Source of the DNA: Myxococcota bacterium
GTDB lineage: Bacteria; Myxococcota_A; UBA9042; PHBI01
Assembly (NCBI GenBank): GCA_046351155.1
Contig: JAXLYZ010000024.1
Span: 86,044 to 150,043 of the forward strand
Length of the DNA stretch: 64,000 bases
Direction of reading: 5' to 3'
Positions 18,508 through 27,209 of the stretch are shown here, piece by piece; the stretch's first letter is position 1; each line of letters begins with the position of its first letter. The position numbers and the translations under genes are program-made. A model generated the notes under the pieces. That model did no database searches, was not told where the DNA came from, and worked only from the letters and a program-made list of their open reading frames with translations.

Positions 18508-18981
18508 TCAGCGGAGGTCCTGGAACAGCTCCGGGTCGAGGTCGGCCAGCGGGAAATGCATGATGGCGCGCACGCCGCCGAGCCCCTCGTCGGGGACCAC
18601 GTGGACGTCGACGGCGTTCCGGTAGTCGTTGTCGAGGTCGCTCAGGAACTCCTCGATGACGTTGGCGCCGGCCGCGGTGGCGAGCTCGAAGAAGCGGAAG
18701 CCGAAGCCGGTGTCGGGCCGGTCGAGGCTCGGCGTGGGCAGCGACCACACCACCTCGCCCAGCATCGAGATGCTGCGGCCCGACGGGCTGAAGCGTTCCT
18801 CCAATAGAAGGATCGTGCCCGGGTTCGGCACGTGGTCGGCGCGGATGAACGCGCCCGACAGGCTCACCGAGGTCGTGACGCCGAGGTGCTCGCCGCCCTC
18901 GTGGATGAAGCGCACGCGGATGGTGCGCGTGTGGCGCAGGTGGCGTCGCTTGTCGTGGCTTTGCGGGCTGCTGATGACCAT
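18508..18981 (-). CDS. PilZ domain protein (c-di-GMP receptor-like)
   Basis: RxxxR motif KRRHLRHTRTIRVRF and D/NxSxxG motif TTSVSLSGAFIRA. Intact 157 aa. Confidence 0.75.
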   Translation of the reverse strand: MVISSPQSHDKRRHLRHTRTIRVRFIHEGGEHLGVTTSVSLSGAFIRADHVPNPGTILLLEERFSPSGRSISMLGEVVWSLPTPSLDRPDTGFGFRFFELATAAGANVIEEFLSDLDNDYRNAVDVHVVPDEGLGGVRAIMHFPLADLDPELFQDLR

Positions 18982-19027
18982 GGGCTCGTACCCCGTCGCC
19001 CAACCTAGGCACGGCGCGGGCGGCGCC

Positions 19028-19581
19028 TCAACCTTCCAGCCGGTCAGGGCGCCAGGCGAGGAGCGCCAGCACGCGCGCGGCCGCGGAGTCGATGGGCTCG
19101 TCGGGTCCGATGCACAGCTCGGGCACGAGCGGCGGCTCGTAGGGCGAGCCGACGCCGGGCAGCGCCGCGATCGCGCCGATGGCCTGCTGGCGATAGAGGC
19201 CCTTCGGGTCGCGCGCGGCGCACACCTCGACGCCGGCGCTCATGTACACCTCGATGAAGCGGCCGCCGCCGTCCACCGCGTCGCGTCGCGCCGCGTCGCG
19301 CCAGCTCCGCAGCTGGGCCGTGGCGCTGACCACGACGATGGCGCCGCCGCGCGCGCCGAGCTGCGCCAGGTGGGCGAGGGCGGCGTAGAAGCGCCGCCGG
19401 TCGTCGTCGCCGTAGCCGCCGCCGGCCAGGTGCGGGCGCAGGTCGTCGCCGTCGAGCGGCAGCACCACCTCGTCCTGCGCGCGGAGCGCCGCCACCACCG
19501 CGTTCGCCAGCGTACTCTTGCCGCTGCCGGGCAGGCCGGTGATCGGATGACCGGGCCGACGTGGCCGAGGTGGCTCCGTTC
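19028..19581 (-). CDS. adenylylsulfate-kinase-like P-loop domain; no start codon of its own, and in frame with the upstream APH-like domain across a TGA
   Basis: ...GHPITGLPGSGKSTLANAVVAALRAQ... (P-loop) and ...FIEVYMSAGVEVCAARDPKGLYRQQAIGAIAALPGVGSPYEPPLVPEL (APS-kinase-like). There is no ATG, GTG or TTG between the TGA at 19582-19584 and the P-loop. Confidence 0.55.
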
Positions 19582-20693
19582 TTCACAGAAGTCGCTCCGT
19601 CTCGCGCGGGTCGAAGGGCGCCCCGGCCAGGAGCCGCTCGGCGAGGGCGATGAAGCAGCCGGTCGCGCACCGGGTTCGGCACGTCGGGGTACCAGACCGG
19701 GCTCGCCACGACCAGCGTGCGCCACGCGAAGAACGGCGGCGCCACCGTGCGCAGGATGTCGCGGTCGCCGGTGCCGAGCAGGTAGCGCTCCCAGAACACC
19801 TCCCACAGCTCGCGTCCCGCGCCGACGAACTTGCCGTGCGCGCGCAGCGCGAAGAAGAGGTAGTTGACGCTCATGCACGTCACGTCGTCGGCCGCCTCGC
19901 CGGCGCCGCCGCGGCTGCAGTCGAGCACGGTGAAGTCGGTGCCGTCGCGGAAGAGGATGTTGAACGGGTGGTAGTCGCCGTGCGTTCGGCACGCGCGCCG
20001 CGCCAGCTTCTTCAAGCTTCCAGCGCCAGCCGACGGCGGCCTGCTCGATGAGGCACAGGCGCTCGGCGTCGGCCACCGGGTGGTGCTGCGGCCAGCCGTC
20101 GGCGATGCCGGCCAGGCCCTCGCCGCTGCCGATGACGTCGCGCACCGAGCGCGTGTGGGTGCCGGGCGGGCGCGGCTCGGCGTGCAGGCGCCACCAGGTA
20201 GTCGGCCAGCACCGCCGCGCGCGCGCGGTCGAGCGTCGCTGGCGTGGTCGCGCGCGGCCACCTCGGACAGGTCGTCGGCGTAGAGCGAGCCGTCGGCGTA
20301 CTCGGTGAGCAGCCACGGCTCGCCGCGCGCAGTCGACACGAGCGCGCCCTGGCGATCGAAGGTTCCGACGTCGAGCGGGCGCACGTGGCGCGGGATGCCG
20401 GTGAAGTCGTCGAAGCCCTCGGTGAGGGTCGCGATGCGATCCGAGCGGCGCTCGTGCCCATAGGCGTTCGGGGTCATGGTGCGGAGGACGGCGTCCTTCG
20501 TGCGCCCGCCCTGCTCCCAGCTGATGTGCAGCGGTCGGCCGTAGCCGTAGGCCTTGAGGCTCGTGCGCGACGGCTCCCCGAGCGGCACGACCGAGACGAG
20601 GTGCGCGTCGTGGGCGACGTGGGTGCGGAGGTAGTCTTCGATGGCGCGAGGTTCGACGTTGCTGGCGGGTTGCCTGCTCATGGTGGGCTCCAT
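19582..20693 (-). CDS. aminoglycoside-phosphotransferase-fold (APH/ChoK-like) kinase domain; needs at least three frame changes; ends at an in-frame TGA abutting the P-loop domain
   Basis: Starts MEPTMSRQPASNVEPRAIEDYL.... Brenner motif HGDYHPFNILF. The segment ...TRSVRDVIGSGEGLAGIADGW... is in the frame of ORF 19240..20316. The C-terminus ...IALAERLLAGAPFDPRETERLL* is in a third frame. Confidence 0.55.
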
Positions 20694-20912
20694 GCGGTCA
20701 GGTCGAGCAATGTCCGTGCCCGCACTGGAGCGCATCCACGCCGGTCGAGCCGTCCGCTCGTCGAGCTGGGCGGCCGCGCCCGCGGCGTGGAAAAGCCCAC
20801 GCACCCGACGCCGGCCATGGCACCTCCGGGCCGCTTGAATGGCGCCCTCCGGGCCGACGGCGTGCGGAATGGCGCTTGCAGCCGATCCGCCCGTCTTCAT
20901 TCGGAGGGTGCC

Positions 20913-21597
20913 ATGCGAGAAGCTCTGGAGCACGCGTCGGGAGGCCGTTGGGTCGTCGTCTACGAGCGCGACGGCATGCGCGCGACGGCGCCCGATCTCG
21001 ACCGTGCGCTGTGGCGCGCGGCCCTCCTCGCCGAGGATCCGCAGCACATCGTGCTGGCCACCGCGACCTTCGCCGGCGCCGCCGCGCTGCGCGTGCTGGG
21101 CGTGGCCCACCGCTCCGGCGCGTGCTGCCGCCGGCCGGCGGCTCGATGCCAGCGCTCCTGGCCGGGCTCAGCTGCATCCTCGCGCGACCCCGACGCCATG
21201 GTGGTGGCGCTGCCGACCGACCTCGACGAGAGCGCGCCGGGTCGACGACTGCGCCTCGTGCGGGCCTCTCCTGCGCGCCGCGGCCGAGCTCGAGACCGCG
21301 CCCGATCGCCTGGCGCGGCTCGTGGTGCTGGCGGCCGAGCGGCGCTCGACGCCCGACGAGGTCACGCCGACCGGCGCCTTCGTGTGCGCGGGCCAGATGC
21401 TGGCCGAGCGCATCCGCGAGCGCGCGCCCGACTGGTGGTACGCCATCGCCAGCGCGCACGAGCCCACGCCGCACCTCCCGGCCATGGCCATCGACGACGT
21501 CATCGCCGCCATGCCGCGCGACGCCGTCGACGTGGTCGTGGTCGAGACGCCGCACACATTCGTGCCCGCGCCGTCGGCGCCGCGCTGGGGGTTCTGA
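20913..21597 (+). CDS. hypothetical protein translationally coupled (TGATG) to the SPL-like gene; needs 2-3 frame changes
   Basis: GGAGGG RBS, then MREALEHASGGRWVVVYERDG.... The C-terminus ...VVVETPHTFVPAPS is in the frame of ORF 20839..21597. No recognisable domain. Confidence 0.4.
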
Positions 21598-23084
21598 TGG
21601 GGCGCTCGACGCTGCCGCCCGCCGGCATCCCGCACGACGACATCCTGGCCACGCTCGAGCGCTATCGCGAGGGCGACGCCGACTACAAGGCCGGCAAGAC
21701 CTGGTCCCTGGTGTACTGGGCCGGCGAGGCCCACCACCACCTGGTGAAGGCGGCGCACGAGGCCTTCATGGCCGAGAACGCGCTCAACCCGATGGCCTTC
21801 AAGAGCCTGAAGCGCATGGAGCGCGAGGTCATCGAGATGACCGCCAGCATGCTGCACGCCCCGCCCAGCGCGGTCGGCACCATGACCTCGGGCGGCACCG
21901 AGTCGCTGCTCCTGGCGGTGAAGACCTACCGCGACATGGCGCGCGCCAGGCGGCCGTGGGTCCTGCGCCCGAACATGGTCGTGCCGGCGACCATCCACGT
22001 CGCCTTCGACAAGGCGGCCCACCTCTTCGGCGTGAAGAAGAAGGTCGCGCCGGTCGGACCCGACGGCGCCGTCGACGTCGCCGCCATGGCGCGCCTCGTC
22101 GACTCGCGCACGGTGATGCTCGCCGGCTCGGCGCCGCAGTACCCGCACGGCACCATCGATCCCATCGCCGCGCTGGGCCAGCTGGCGCTCGACCGCGGCC
22201 TGCCGCTGCACGTCGACGCCTGCTTCGGCGGCTTCGCGCTGCCGTGGCTCGAGAAGCTCGGCGTGCCGATCCCGGCCTGGGACTTCCGCGTGCCCGGCGT
22301 CACCAGCATCTCGGCCGACATCCACAAGTACGGCTTCGGGGCCAAGGGCGCCTCGACCATCGTCTACCGCGACATGAGCTTCCTCCGACACCAGTTCTTC
22401 GTCTCGACCGGCTGGACCGGCGGCATCTACGTGTCGCCCGGCCTCCCCGGCACGCGCCCGGGCGGGCCCATCGCCGCGGCCTGGGCCGCCATGCGCGCCC
22501 TCGGCGAGGAGGGCTACCTGGCGCTGGCGCGCGACGCCTGGCTCGCCGCCGAGCGCCTGCGCGAAGGCATCGCCGCCATCCCCGGCCTGCGCGTGATGGG
22601 CCGGCCGCACTCGACCATCGTGACCTGGGCCGCCGAGAGCGAGGGGCGCGACGGCGTCGACGTCTTCGCCGTGTGCGACCGCCTGCAGGCCCTCGGCTGG
22701 GGCGTCGATCGCCAGCAGCACCCGCCCAGCGTCCACCTCACCGTCAACGCCTCGAACCTGCCGGTGGTCGAGCGCTACCTCGCCGACCTCGGCGACGCCG
22801 TCGCCCACGTGCGCGCCCACCCCGAGCTGGCCTCGAAGGGCGACGCCGCGGTCTACGGCCTCATGGCCAAGATCCCGGCCGGCCTCGGCAGGAGGTCGGC
22901 TCGGCGGGCGCGCTTCGTCGGGCGCGAGGTGCTGAAGGCGGTCGAGGGCATGCGCCGCCACGGCGCCAGCGAGGAGGCCGCGCCCGGCTCGCCGCTCATC
23001 GAGCGCTACGGCGCGCGCATCCGCAGCGCGCTCGACGGCCTCGAGCGCTTCGGCGCGCTCTTCCGTCGGCGTCCGCGCCGCTAG
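21597..23084 (+). CDS. PLP-dependent group II decarboxylase-fold enzyme, sphingosine-1-phosphate lyase-like
   Basis: SGGTESLLLAVKTYRD and PLP-lysine motif SISADIHKYGFGAKGAS. Intact ~495 aa. The upstream part of ORF 20244..23084 is rejected. Confidence 0.8.
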   Translation: MGRSTLPPAGIPHDDILATLERYREGDADYKAGKTWSLVYWAGEAHHHLVKAAHEAFMAENALNPMAFKSLKRMEREVIEMTASMLHAPPSAVGTMTSGGTESLLLAVKTYRDMARARRPWVLRPNMVVPATIHVAFDKAAHLFGVKKKVAPVGPDGAVDVAAMARLVDSRTVMLAGSAPQYPHGTIDPIAALGQLALDRGLPLHVDACFGGFALPWLEKLGVPIPAWDFRVPGVTSISADIHKYGFGAKGASTIVYRDMSFLRHQFFVSTGWTGGIYVSPGLPGTRPGGPIAAAWAAMRALGEEGYLALARDAWLAAERLREGIAAIPGLRVMGRPHSTIVTWAAESEGRDGVDVFAVCDRLQALGWGVDRQQHPPSVHLTVNASNLPVVERYLADLGDAVAHVRAHPELASKGDAAVYGLMAKIPAGLGRRSARRARFVGREVLKAVEGMRRHGASEEAAPGSPLIERYGARIRSALDGLERFGALFRRRPRR

Positions 23085-23103
23085 CCTCGAAGGACGTCGC
23101 AGC

Positions 23104-24597
23104 ATGACGCTTCGCATCGCCTACGGGCGCATCATGCAGGAGACCAACGCGCTGTCGCCGGTCGACACCACGCTGGCCGACTTCGAGCGCGCCCACCTCT
23201 ATGAAGGAGACGCGCTCGCGCGCCGTGTGACGAGCCCGCTCGCCCACGAGGTCGACGGCTTCGCGCGGAACGCCGAGCTCTCGGGCTTCCACCGCGCGCT
23301 GCGCAAGCTCGCGCCGAAGGGCGCCATCGCCACGGTGCCGCTGGTCTCGGCCTGGGCCATCTCGGGCGGGCCGCTGGCAGAGGACTGCCTCGGCGACCTC
23401 ACCGAGCGCCTGTGCCGGCGCCTGCGCGACGCCGGCCCGGTCGACGGCGTCTTCCTCGCGCTGCACGGCGCCATGGGCGCCCGCGGCGTGGTCGATCCCG
23501 AGGCCCGCATCCTGGCCGAGGTGCGCCGCGTCGTCGGCCCGCGCGTGCCCATCGCCTGCACCTTCGACCTGCACGGGCTGCTCACCTCGGCCAAGATGGC
23601 CGAGCTCGATTTCCTGGCCGCCTACCACACCAACCCGCACCGCGATCACGCCGCCACCGGCGCCCGCGCCGGCGCCATGCTCATCGACACGCTGCTCGGC
23701 CGCCCTCGCCCGGCACGCGCCTGGCGCGCCATCCCCATGATCACGGGCGGCGGCGCCGGCGTCGACTTCATGCGCCCGTCGTCGGCCCTCTTCGGCATCA
23801 TGCGGCGCATGGCGCGGAACCCGGCGGTGCGCGACGTGTCGCTCTTCCTGTGCCACCCGTGGAACGACCACCCCGAGCTCGGCTGGAGCGCCGCCGTCTT
23901 CGCCGACAGCGAGGTCGTCGCCGAGCGCCTGGCCGATCAGCTGGCCGAGGCGGCCTGGTCGGTGCGCCACATCGAGCCGCCGCGCTTCCTCGGCCCCGAC
24001 GAGGCCATCGCCAAGGTGCGCGCCGCGCGCGTCCTCCGGAAGCTCGGCACCGCCTGCGTGTGCGACGCCTCCGACGTGGTCGGCGCCGGCGGCACCGGCG
24101 AGAACACGAACCTCCTGGCGGCGCTCATCGAGCGCGCCGGCGACCTCGTGAGCTACGTGCCGCTGCGCGACGCCGACGCGGTAGAGGCGCTCTGGGACGC
24201 GCCGGTCGGCGCGCCGGTCGACGTCGAGGTCGGCGGCCACCTCGACCCGGCCTCGAACCCGCCGCTGCGCGTGCGCGGCCGCCTCCACGCGCGCGACACG
24301 AGCCGCGCCTTCGGGCGCCGCGTGGCCATCGACGCCGGCCCGGTGAAGCTGGTCCTGACCGAGGGCGCGCCGCTGGTCATGCAGCCCTCGTTCTATGCCT
24401 CGCTGGGGCTCGATCCGTGGCGCGCCGACGTGTGCGTGGTGAAGAGCTACTTCCCGTTCCGCATCTTCTTCGCGGCGCAGAACCGCATGTCGCTCTACGT
24501 CAAGACGCGCGGCATCACCGATCTCGATCGGGCGCCGACGGCGCGGCCGTTGACCGACTGGCGCGCCGAGGACAAGCGCCGGCGCCGGACGGCGTAG
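23104..24597 (+). CDS. M81 family metallopeptidase, MlrC-like (DUF1485 + MlrC_C)
   Basis: 497 aa, intact. The overall layout and length are typical of microcystinase C-like proteins. Starts 20 nt after the SPL-like stop. Confidence 0.7.
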   Translation: MTLRIAYGRIMQETNALSPVDTTLADFERAHLYEGDALARRVTSPLAHEVDGFARNAELSGFHRALRKLAPKGAIATVPLVSAWAISGGPLAEDCLGDLTERLCRRLRDAGPVDGVFLALHGAMGARGVVDPEARILAEVRRVVGPRVPIACTFDLHGLLTSAKMAELDFLAAYHTNPHRDHAATGARAGAMLIDTLLGRPRPARAWRAIPMITGGGAGVDFMRPSSALFGIMRRMARNPAVRDVSLFLCHPWNDHPELGWSAAVFADSEVVAERLADQLAEAAWSVRHIEPPRFLGPDEAIAKVRAARVLRKLGTACVCDASDVVGAGGTGENTNLLAALIERAGDLVSYVPLRDADAVEALWDAPVGAPVDVEVGGHLDPASNPPLRVRGRLHARDTSRAFGRRVAIDAGPVKLVLTEGAPLVMQPSFYASLGLDPWRADVCVVKSYFPFRIFFAAQNRMSLYVKTRGITDLDRAPTARPLTDWRAEDKRRRRTA

Positions 24598-24654
24598 CGC
24601 GCCGCGTCGGGTTCGCCCATTGCTTTGTGGCGAGCCCCATGGCCAAGTCGGGCT

Positions 24655-25743
24655 ATGTCCAGCCGCGCCCACCGCCTCGCCCTCGCCCTGCTGCCGCTCG
24701 CGTCGCTGGCGCTCGCGGCCCCGCTCGCCCGGGCCATCCCGGCGCCCGACTCGCGCTCGGTGCAGCCGCCGCGCCAGGTCGACGGCGCGCGCCGCGTCTT
24801 CGAGGACGCCTGGCGCATCGACTGCCACGATCTGCGCGCGACCTCGACCTGCCTCGTCATCGTGACCACGCGCTCCTACGGCGCCGGCACCGTCGTCATC
24901 GACGATCCCCAGGAGCTCCAGGGCGACGCCGGCGTGAAGCTCGACGGCGCGCCGCAGTGGAACGAGCCGACGGTCGGCGAGGACGGGCGCTCGGTCCAGC
25001 GCCTCGACATCCCCGACGGCGAGCACATCGTCGTCGTCACGCGCAAGGTCGGCATGCACGACGGCTACCGGCTGGAGTGGGCCGTGCCCGCCGACCAGGC
25101 GCGGCACGTGATGTTCCATCGCGGCCAGATGCCGCTCGAGCGCGCGCTGTCGGTGGCCATGACGCCGCCCGGCCAGCGCGACAACAGCTACGCCTTCGAG
25201 CTGGCCGTGACGCGCGACGACTCGTTCGCGTGGGCGACGCCGGCCGTGGTGGGCGACCCGGACTGGGTCGTCGACGGCCAGGTCATGCGGCTCCGCGTCA
25301 TGCCGCCGCGCCCCGCCGCCGACCTCCCGTATGTCGACAGCCGCTTCGTGTCGTTCCGCGACCCGGGCCAGCGCGTGCACCTCGGCGGCCCCATGCTCGG
25401 CATCGGCGCGCGCCTCAGCGACTCGGGCGCCTTCCGCATGCGCTTCGAGTACGAGGTCGCCATCGACGACTGGATGCTGCCCGGCCTCTCGCTCGACGCC
25501 GACACCGGCAACGGCTGGGAGCTGACGCCGCGCTTCGAGATCGCCAGCCCGCTCGTCATCATCATCCCGTCGGCCTCCATCGGCATCGGCTTCCCGCTGA
25601 AGCTGCGCGCCGATCCCGATCTGGGCGTGCGCCTGCTCGCCGGCCTGCAGTACGGTCCGGTCGGCATCTCGGCCAGCTTCGACTTCTTCCCCGGCGCCGA
25701 CACCGTGTTCGAGCCGTCGCTGCTCCTGCGCATCTCGCTGTGA
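24655..25743 (+). CDS. secreted hypothetical protein
   Basis: Signal peptide MSSRAHRLALALLPLASLALAAPLARA. No known motif. Ends ...LLLRISL. Confidence 0.55.
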   Translation: MSSRAHRLALALLPLASLALAAPLARAIPAPDSRSVQPPRQVDGARRVFEDAWRIDCHDLRATSTCLVIVTTRSYGAGTVVIDDPQELQGDAGVKLDGAPQWNEPTVGEDGRSVQRLDIPDGEHIVVVTRKVGMHDGYRLEWAVPADQARHVMFHRGQMPLERALSVAMTPPGQRDNSYAFELAVTRDDSFAWATPAVVGDPDWVVDGQVMRLRVMPPRPAADLPYVDSRFVSFRDPGQRVHLGGPMLGIGARLSDSGAFRMRFEYEVAIDDWMLPGLSLDADTGNGWELTPRFEIASPLVIIIPSASIGIGFPLKLRADPDLGVRLLAGLQYGPVGISASFDFFPGADTVFEPSLLLRISL

Positions 25744-25787
25744 CACGCCCGCTGCGCTGCAATTCCGGAGAGGCTGCCCGACGGAAT

Positions 25788-25800
25788 TATCGCGATATCG
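25788..25800. promoter_or_regulatory. composite palindrome TATCGCGATATCG in an AT-rich island upstream of the 25830 ORF
   Basis: tatcgcgata (25788-25797) and cgatatcg (25793-25800) are perfect palindromes. The surrounding sequence aattatcgcgatatcgtcgagcgattttgtcatatcgac is unusually AT-rich for this genome. Confidence 0.4.
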
Positions 25801-25829
25801 TCGAGCGATTTTGTCATATCGACGGCGAG

Positions 25830-26492
25830 GTGGCCGACGCCGAGGTGCGCTTCCACGGCGACGGTCGACCCGCCACGGCGCGCATCGCGCTCCGCTTCTA
25901 CCCGTGGTGGGAGCACCCGGCCTGCCGCGCCGCCGTCGCCGCCGGCCAGCCGTGGGGCATCGCGGCCTCGGACGACGCGGTCCGGGACCTGGTCGTCGAG
26001 GCGGTCGAGCCGCTGCGCTGCACGCTCCGCGCCGACGCCTCGGCCATCGACATCGCCTTCGTGAGCGAGCACCCCGAGCTGTGGGCGCACGAGCCGGTCG
26101 GCGCCGTGTTCTGCAACAGCGAGTATGACCACGCCGCGCTGTTCGATGGCATATTGGCGCGGCGCATGCCGTATGTGACGGCGTCGGCGTTGGCGCGCTA
26201 CCTCGTGCCGCACGGTCGCGCCGCCGCGCCGCGCTCGCTCGGCTACCTGCCGGCGAGCCTCCTGCGCGTCGCGGTCGAGGAGCTCGAGCGCCTGGGCGTG
26301 GCCGTCTACCGGCCGGCGCTGCCCGCGCTGGCGCCGGCGGACGCGCCGGATGCGACCGACGCGAAGCCCGCGCTGGTGGCGCTGCTCGTCGACGGCGAGG
26401 TGACGCTGGTGGCGCGCGACTTCATGGTCGAGGTGCCCGAGTGGGAGCACCGGCCGGAGTGGTTCCAGCCGCCCCGCTCCGACGCCCCCTGA
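25830..26492 (+). CDS. hypothetical protein (GTG start)
   Basis: C-terminal part of the 23412..26492 ORF. Non-Arg-rich: ...FYPWWEHPACRAAVAAGQPWGIAASDDAVRDLVVEAVEPL.... Start chosen after the AT-rich island. Confidence 0.4.
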   Translation: MADAEVRFHGDGRPATARIALRFYPWWEHPACRAAVAAGQPWGIAASDDAVRDLVVEAVEPLRCTLRADASAIDIAFVSEHPELWAHEPVGAVFCNSEYDHAALFDGILARRMPYVTASALARYLVPHGRAAAPRSLGYLPASLLRVAVEELERLGVAVYRPALPALAPADAPDATDAKPALVALLVDGEVTLVARDFMVEVPEWEHRPEWFQPPRSDAP

Positions 26493-26498
26493 CCAGAT

Positions 26499-27209
26499 TC
26501 ACGCGGCGCTCTCCACCGGGCCCATGGCCGCCACGTAGGCGTCGATGCAGCCGTAGAGCTGCTCGGGCCGGCTCAGCACGAAGAGCCGCGTCTGCATGAG
26601 GTCGATGCGGTACTCCTGGCGCCGGATGACCTCGGCGTCGAACGGCAGCACCTCGGGCTCGGGCGAGAGTGCGTAATTCGACTCGCCGAATGACGACAAT
26701 ATGCCACCGCCGAAGATGCGCCGGCCGGCCGGCGTCTCGACCAGCGGGAACTCGAGGCCGAACCAGAACAGGCGCTCGAGCTCGCGCAGGCGCCGCGGGT
26801 CGTCGGCGTGCGGCGCCGCCAGCGCGCCGAAGCGCTGGCAGAAGTCGGCGTAGGCCGGATCGGCGAAGAAGGGCAGGTGGCCGTACATGTCGTGGAAGAC
26901 GTCGGGCGCCGGCGTGTAGGAGAGGTCCTTGGCGTCGCGGATGAAGGCGCCGATGGGGAACTCGCGGCGCGCGAGCAGCGCGAAGAAGCTCTTGCCGTCC
27001 TCGAGCCCCGACACCGGCACGCCGCGCCAGCCGGTGAGGCGATGCAGGCGCTCGTTGACGCGCGCCAGCTCGGGCACGCGCTCGCCGTCGATGCCGAGCG
27101 CGGCCAGCCCGGCCGCGAAGAGCGGGTGCGCGAGCTCGCGGCGGCAGTGGTCGAGGCGCGCGTAGAGGCGGCGCCAGGTGTCGTGCTCGAGCGCCGAGAA
27201 GGCTCTCAC
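26499..27209 (-). CDS. phhA: phenylalanine 4-hydroxylase (biopterin-dependent aromatic amino-acid hydroxylase)
   Basis: GTG start overlapping the hppD stop (GTGA). Motifs PDVFHDMYGHLPFFADPAYADF and LFWFGLEFPLV. Confidence 0.8.
   Translation of the reverse strand: MRAFSALEHDTWRRLYARLDHCRRELAHPLFAAGLAALGIDGERVPELARVNERLHRLTGWRGVPVSGLEDGKSFFALLARREFPIGAFIRDAKDLSYTPAPDVFHDMYGHLPFFADPAYADFCQRFGALAAPHADDPRRLRELERLFWFGLEFPLVETPAGRRIFGGGILSSFGESNYALSPEPEVLPFDAEVIRRQEYRIDLMQTRLFVLSRPEQLYGCIDAYVAAMGPVESAA

Noticed and set aside
19582-19584. In-frame TGA between the APH-like and P-loop domains as a possible selenocysteine or programmed read-through site
   Set aside because: No SECIS-like hairpin was recognised immediately downstream, and the surrounding gene is itself riddled with frame changes. 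A nonsense or indel artifact, or a genuine two-domain fusion, is more parsimonious. It is kept as a finding but not called recoding.
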